DNA from: Octopus sinensis
Lineage: Eukaryota
Length of the DNA stretch: 64,000 nucleotides
Reading direction: 5' to 3'
Assembly: GCF_006345805.1 (NCBI RefSeq)
Contig: NC_043008.1
Location: forward strand, 6,510,001 to 6,574,000
The position numbers and the translations under genes were made by a program. Positions 62,351 through 64,000 of the stretch are shown in pieces. The notes below the pieces were generated by a model. That model had not been told where the DNA came from. It did not search any database and worked only from the letters and a program-made list of their open reading frames with translations. The stretch's first letter is position 1, and each line of letters starts with the position of its first letter.

Positions 62351-63319
62351 GGGTGTTTGTATTCTCATGTGTGTGTGTTTGTATAGTCCTTGTTGAAAAT
62401 GATTATTAACATGTATAAATTTAATATAAGTTGATGCATTTATTTAATCTGCTTAGTTGAGAACAACACTGCTGAACACTAGCAGTTTCTTCCTGAGAAA
62501 GATTTATGCAGTACATCAGATTATTTCAAATATAAACAAACAACATTAACTGATGATGTGTCTTATCGTAATTAATACATATCTTGTATTTATAAGTCAT
62601 TATCATAATTATCAGCAAGACAAAAGTAATATCTTACAATGGCAGTTACATGAATCCGAAATGGAAATATCTATGAAGAAATTTCACAGAAAACACTGCA
62701 CGAACATACACACAAGGTTGATAACCGAATAAGAAGAATAAGCTGGAAAGGGGACATTGATATTCTGGAAAATTCTTATGTTTCCATTGTTTGTAGGTTG
62801 ACTCGCACTTCATAAATTAGCACCCAATAGAAGGCAGGTTAAATTTGATAAAAGATAGCCTAGATTAATTGCAGAATCAATACAAGTATATTACTAAGCA
62901 AGAGGGAGCTGTTCAATATACTTATAGCTGCAGGCTGATTCCAATGCACAGAGTTCATAAATTTACTGTTCATATACTGTGTATATAGATTATTAATAAT
63001 CTATACTCTTACTCCTTCAAGCTTATCCTATGAATAATATTATATTTTCTTATTATTGAAACTTTTCATATGAAAATGTATTTCTCTATATGAAATGGAC
63101 AGGCCAAAAATAAAAATCCAATATATATATATATAATATAATATATATTTATATATTTATATATAATATAATATATATTTATATATATGTATATAATTTT
63201 CCTAAAACCGAAATTTAGATTCATCTGAATCTAAATTTTGCTAAACTGATATATATATATGTATGTATATATATGTGTATGTATGTGTTTGTGTGTGTGT
63301 GTATGTATGTATATATATT

Positions 63320-63955
63320 ATCATCATCATCATCATCATCGTTTAACGTCTGTTTTCCATTTTGGCATGGGTTGGACGGTTAAACTGGGAACTGGCAAGC
63401 CAGGAGGCTGCATCAGGCTCCAATCTGATCTGTCAATGTTTCTACACCTGGATGCCAACCACTCCAAGAGTGTAGTGGGTGCTTCAATATTTCCCTTTTT
63501 AATTATTATTACCTCATCATCATCATCATCATCATCATATCTGTTTTCTATGCTACCATGGGTTGGATGGTTTGAATGAGGCCTGGACAGCCAGCGGGTG
63601 CACCAGGCTCCAATTTCGTCCGACAGAGTTTCTACAGCTGGATGCCCTTCCTAACGCCAACCACTCCGAGTGTGTAGTGGGGACTTTTTACGTGCTAGTA
63701 GCACAGGGGCCAGGAAAGTAGGCCTGGCAATGATCACGTTTGGATGGTGCTTTTTATGTGCCACTGACACAGGAGCCAGTCAGGGGTTACTGGCATTGGT
63801 CATGATCGCTTGGTGATTTTTATGTACCACCAGCACTGGAGCCAGTAAGGTGGGCCTGGCAATGAACCCGTTCAGATGGTGCTTTCTACATGGCACTAGC
63901 ACAGGAGCCAGTCAGGCAGACTTGGCATCAACCACGTTTGGATGCTGCTTTGTTA
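63320..63955 (-). mobile_element. Two family E modules in tandem
   Basis: 63320-63485 and 63514-63955, each starting with (CAT)n; the second has the ~50-bp subrepeats. Confidence 0.8.
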
Positions 63956-64000
63956 GTCAAAAGTTTTTGGCCAATGAGAAACAAGTAGTCTATTGCATCT

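Overview
AT-rich eukaryotic non-coding DNA with dense microsatellites and SINEs. It is most likely an intron or intergenic stretch of a coleoid cephalopod (Octopus-like); this is inferred from the repeat families, not from a search. I find no intact host protein-coding gene, tRNA, rRNA or CRISPR array, and most ORFs in the supplied track are translations of simple repeats. What the window does contain: (1) many copies of several tRNA-headed SINE families, labelled here A (GGCGGCGAGCTGGCAGAA head), B (CORE-like, central TA/TG tract), C/D (GGCGCGTGGCTTAGTGG-type head) and E (3' module ending in (GAT)n); (2) three non-autonomous Helitrons and one Helentron/HINE-type element; (3) one full-length but decayed mariner; (4) hAT and piggyBac-like MITEs; (5) several RTE and L1/Tx1-type LINE relics; (6) Penelope-like terminal-repeat relics with hammerhead-like motifs; (7) three minisatellites. 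The most interesting items are an orphan, compact heat-shock-type promoter (AP-1, CCAAT x3, four-unit HSE, TATA) at about 38.5 kb, a fold-back retroelement family with long TSDs and an atypical U3:A8 hammerhead-like core, head-to-tail 183-bp SINE-body multimers sharing one junction at three loci, and a Helitron carrying a GC-rich insert. All coordinates were read by eye; repeat edges are approximate unless TSDs or termini are quoted.
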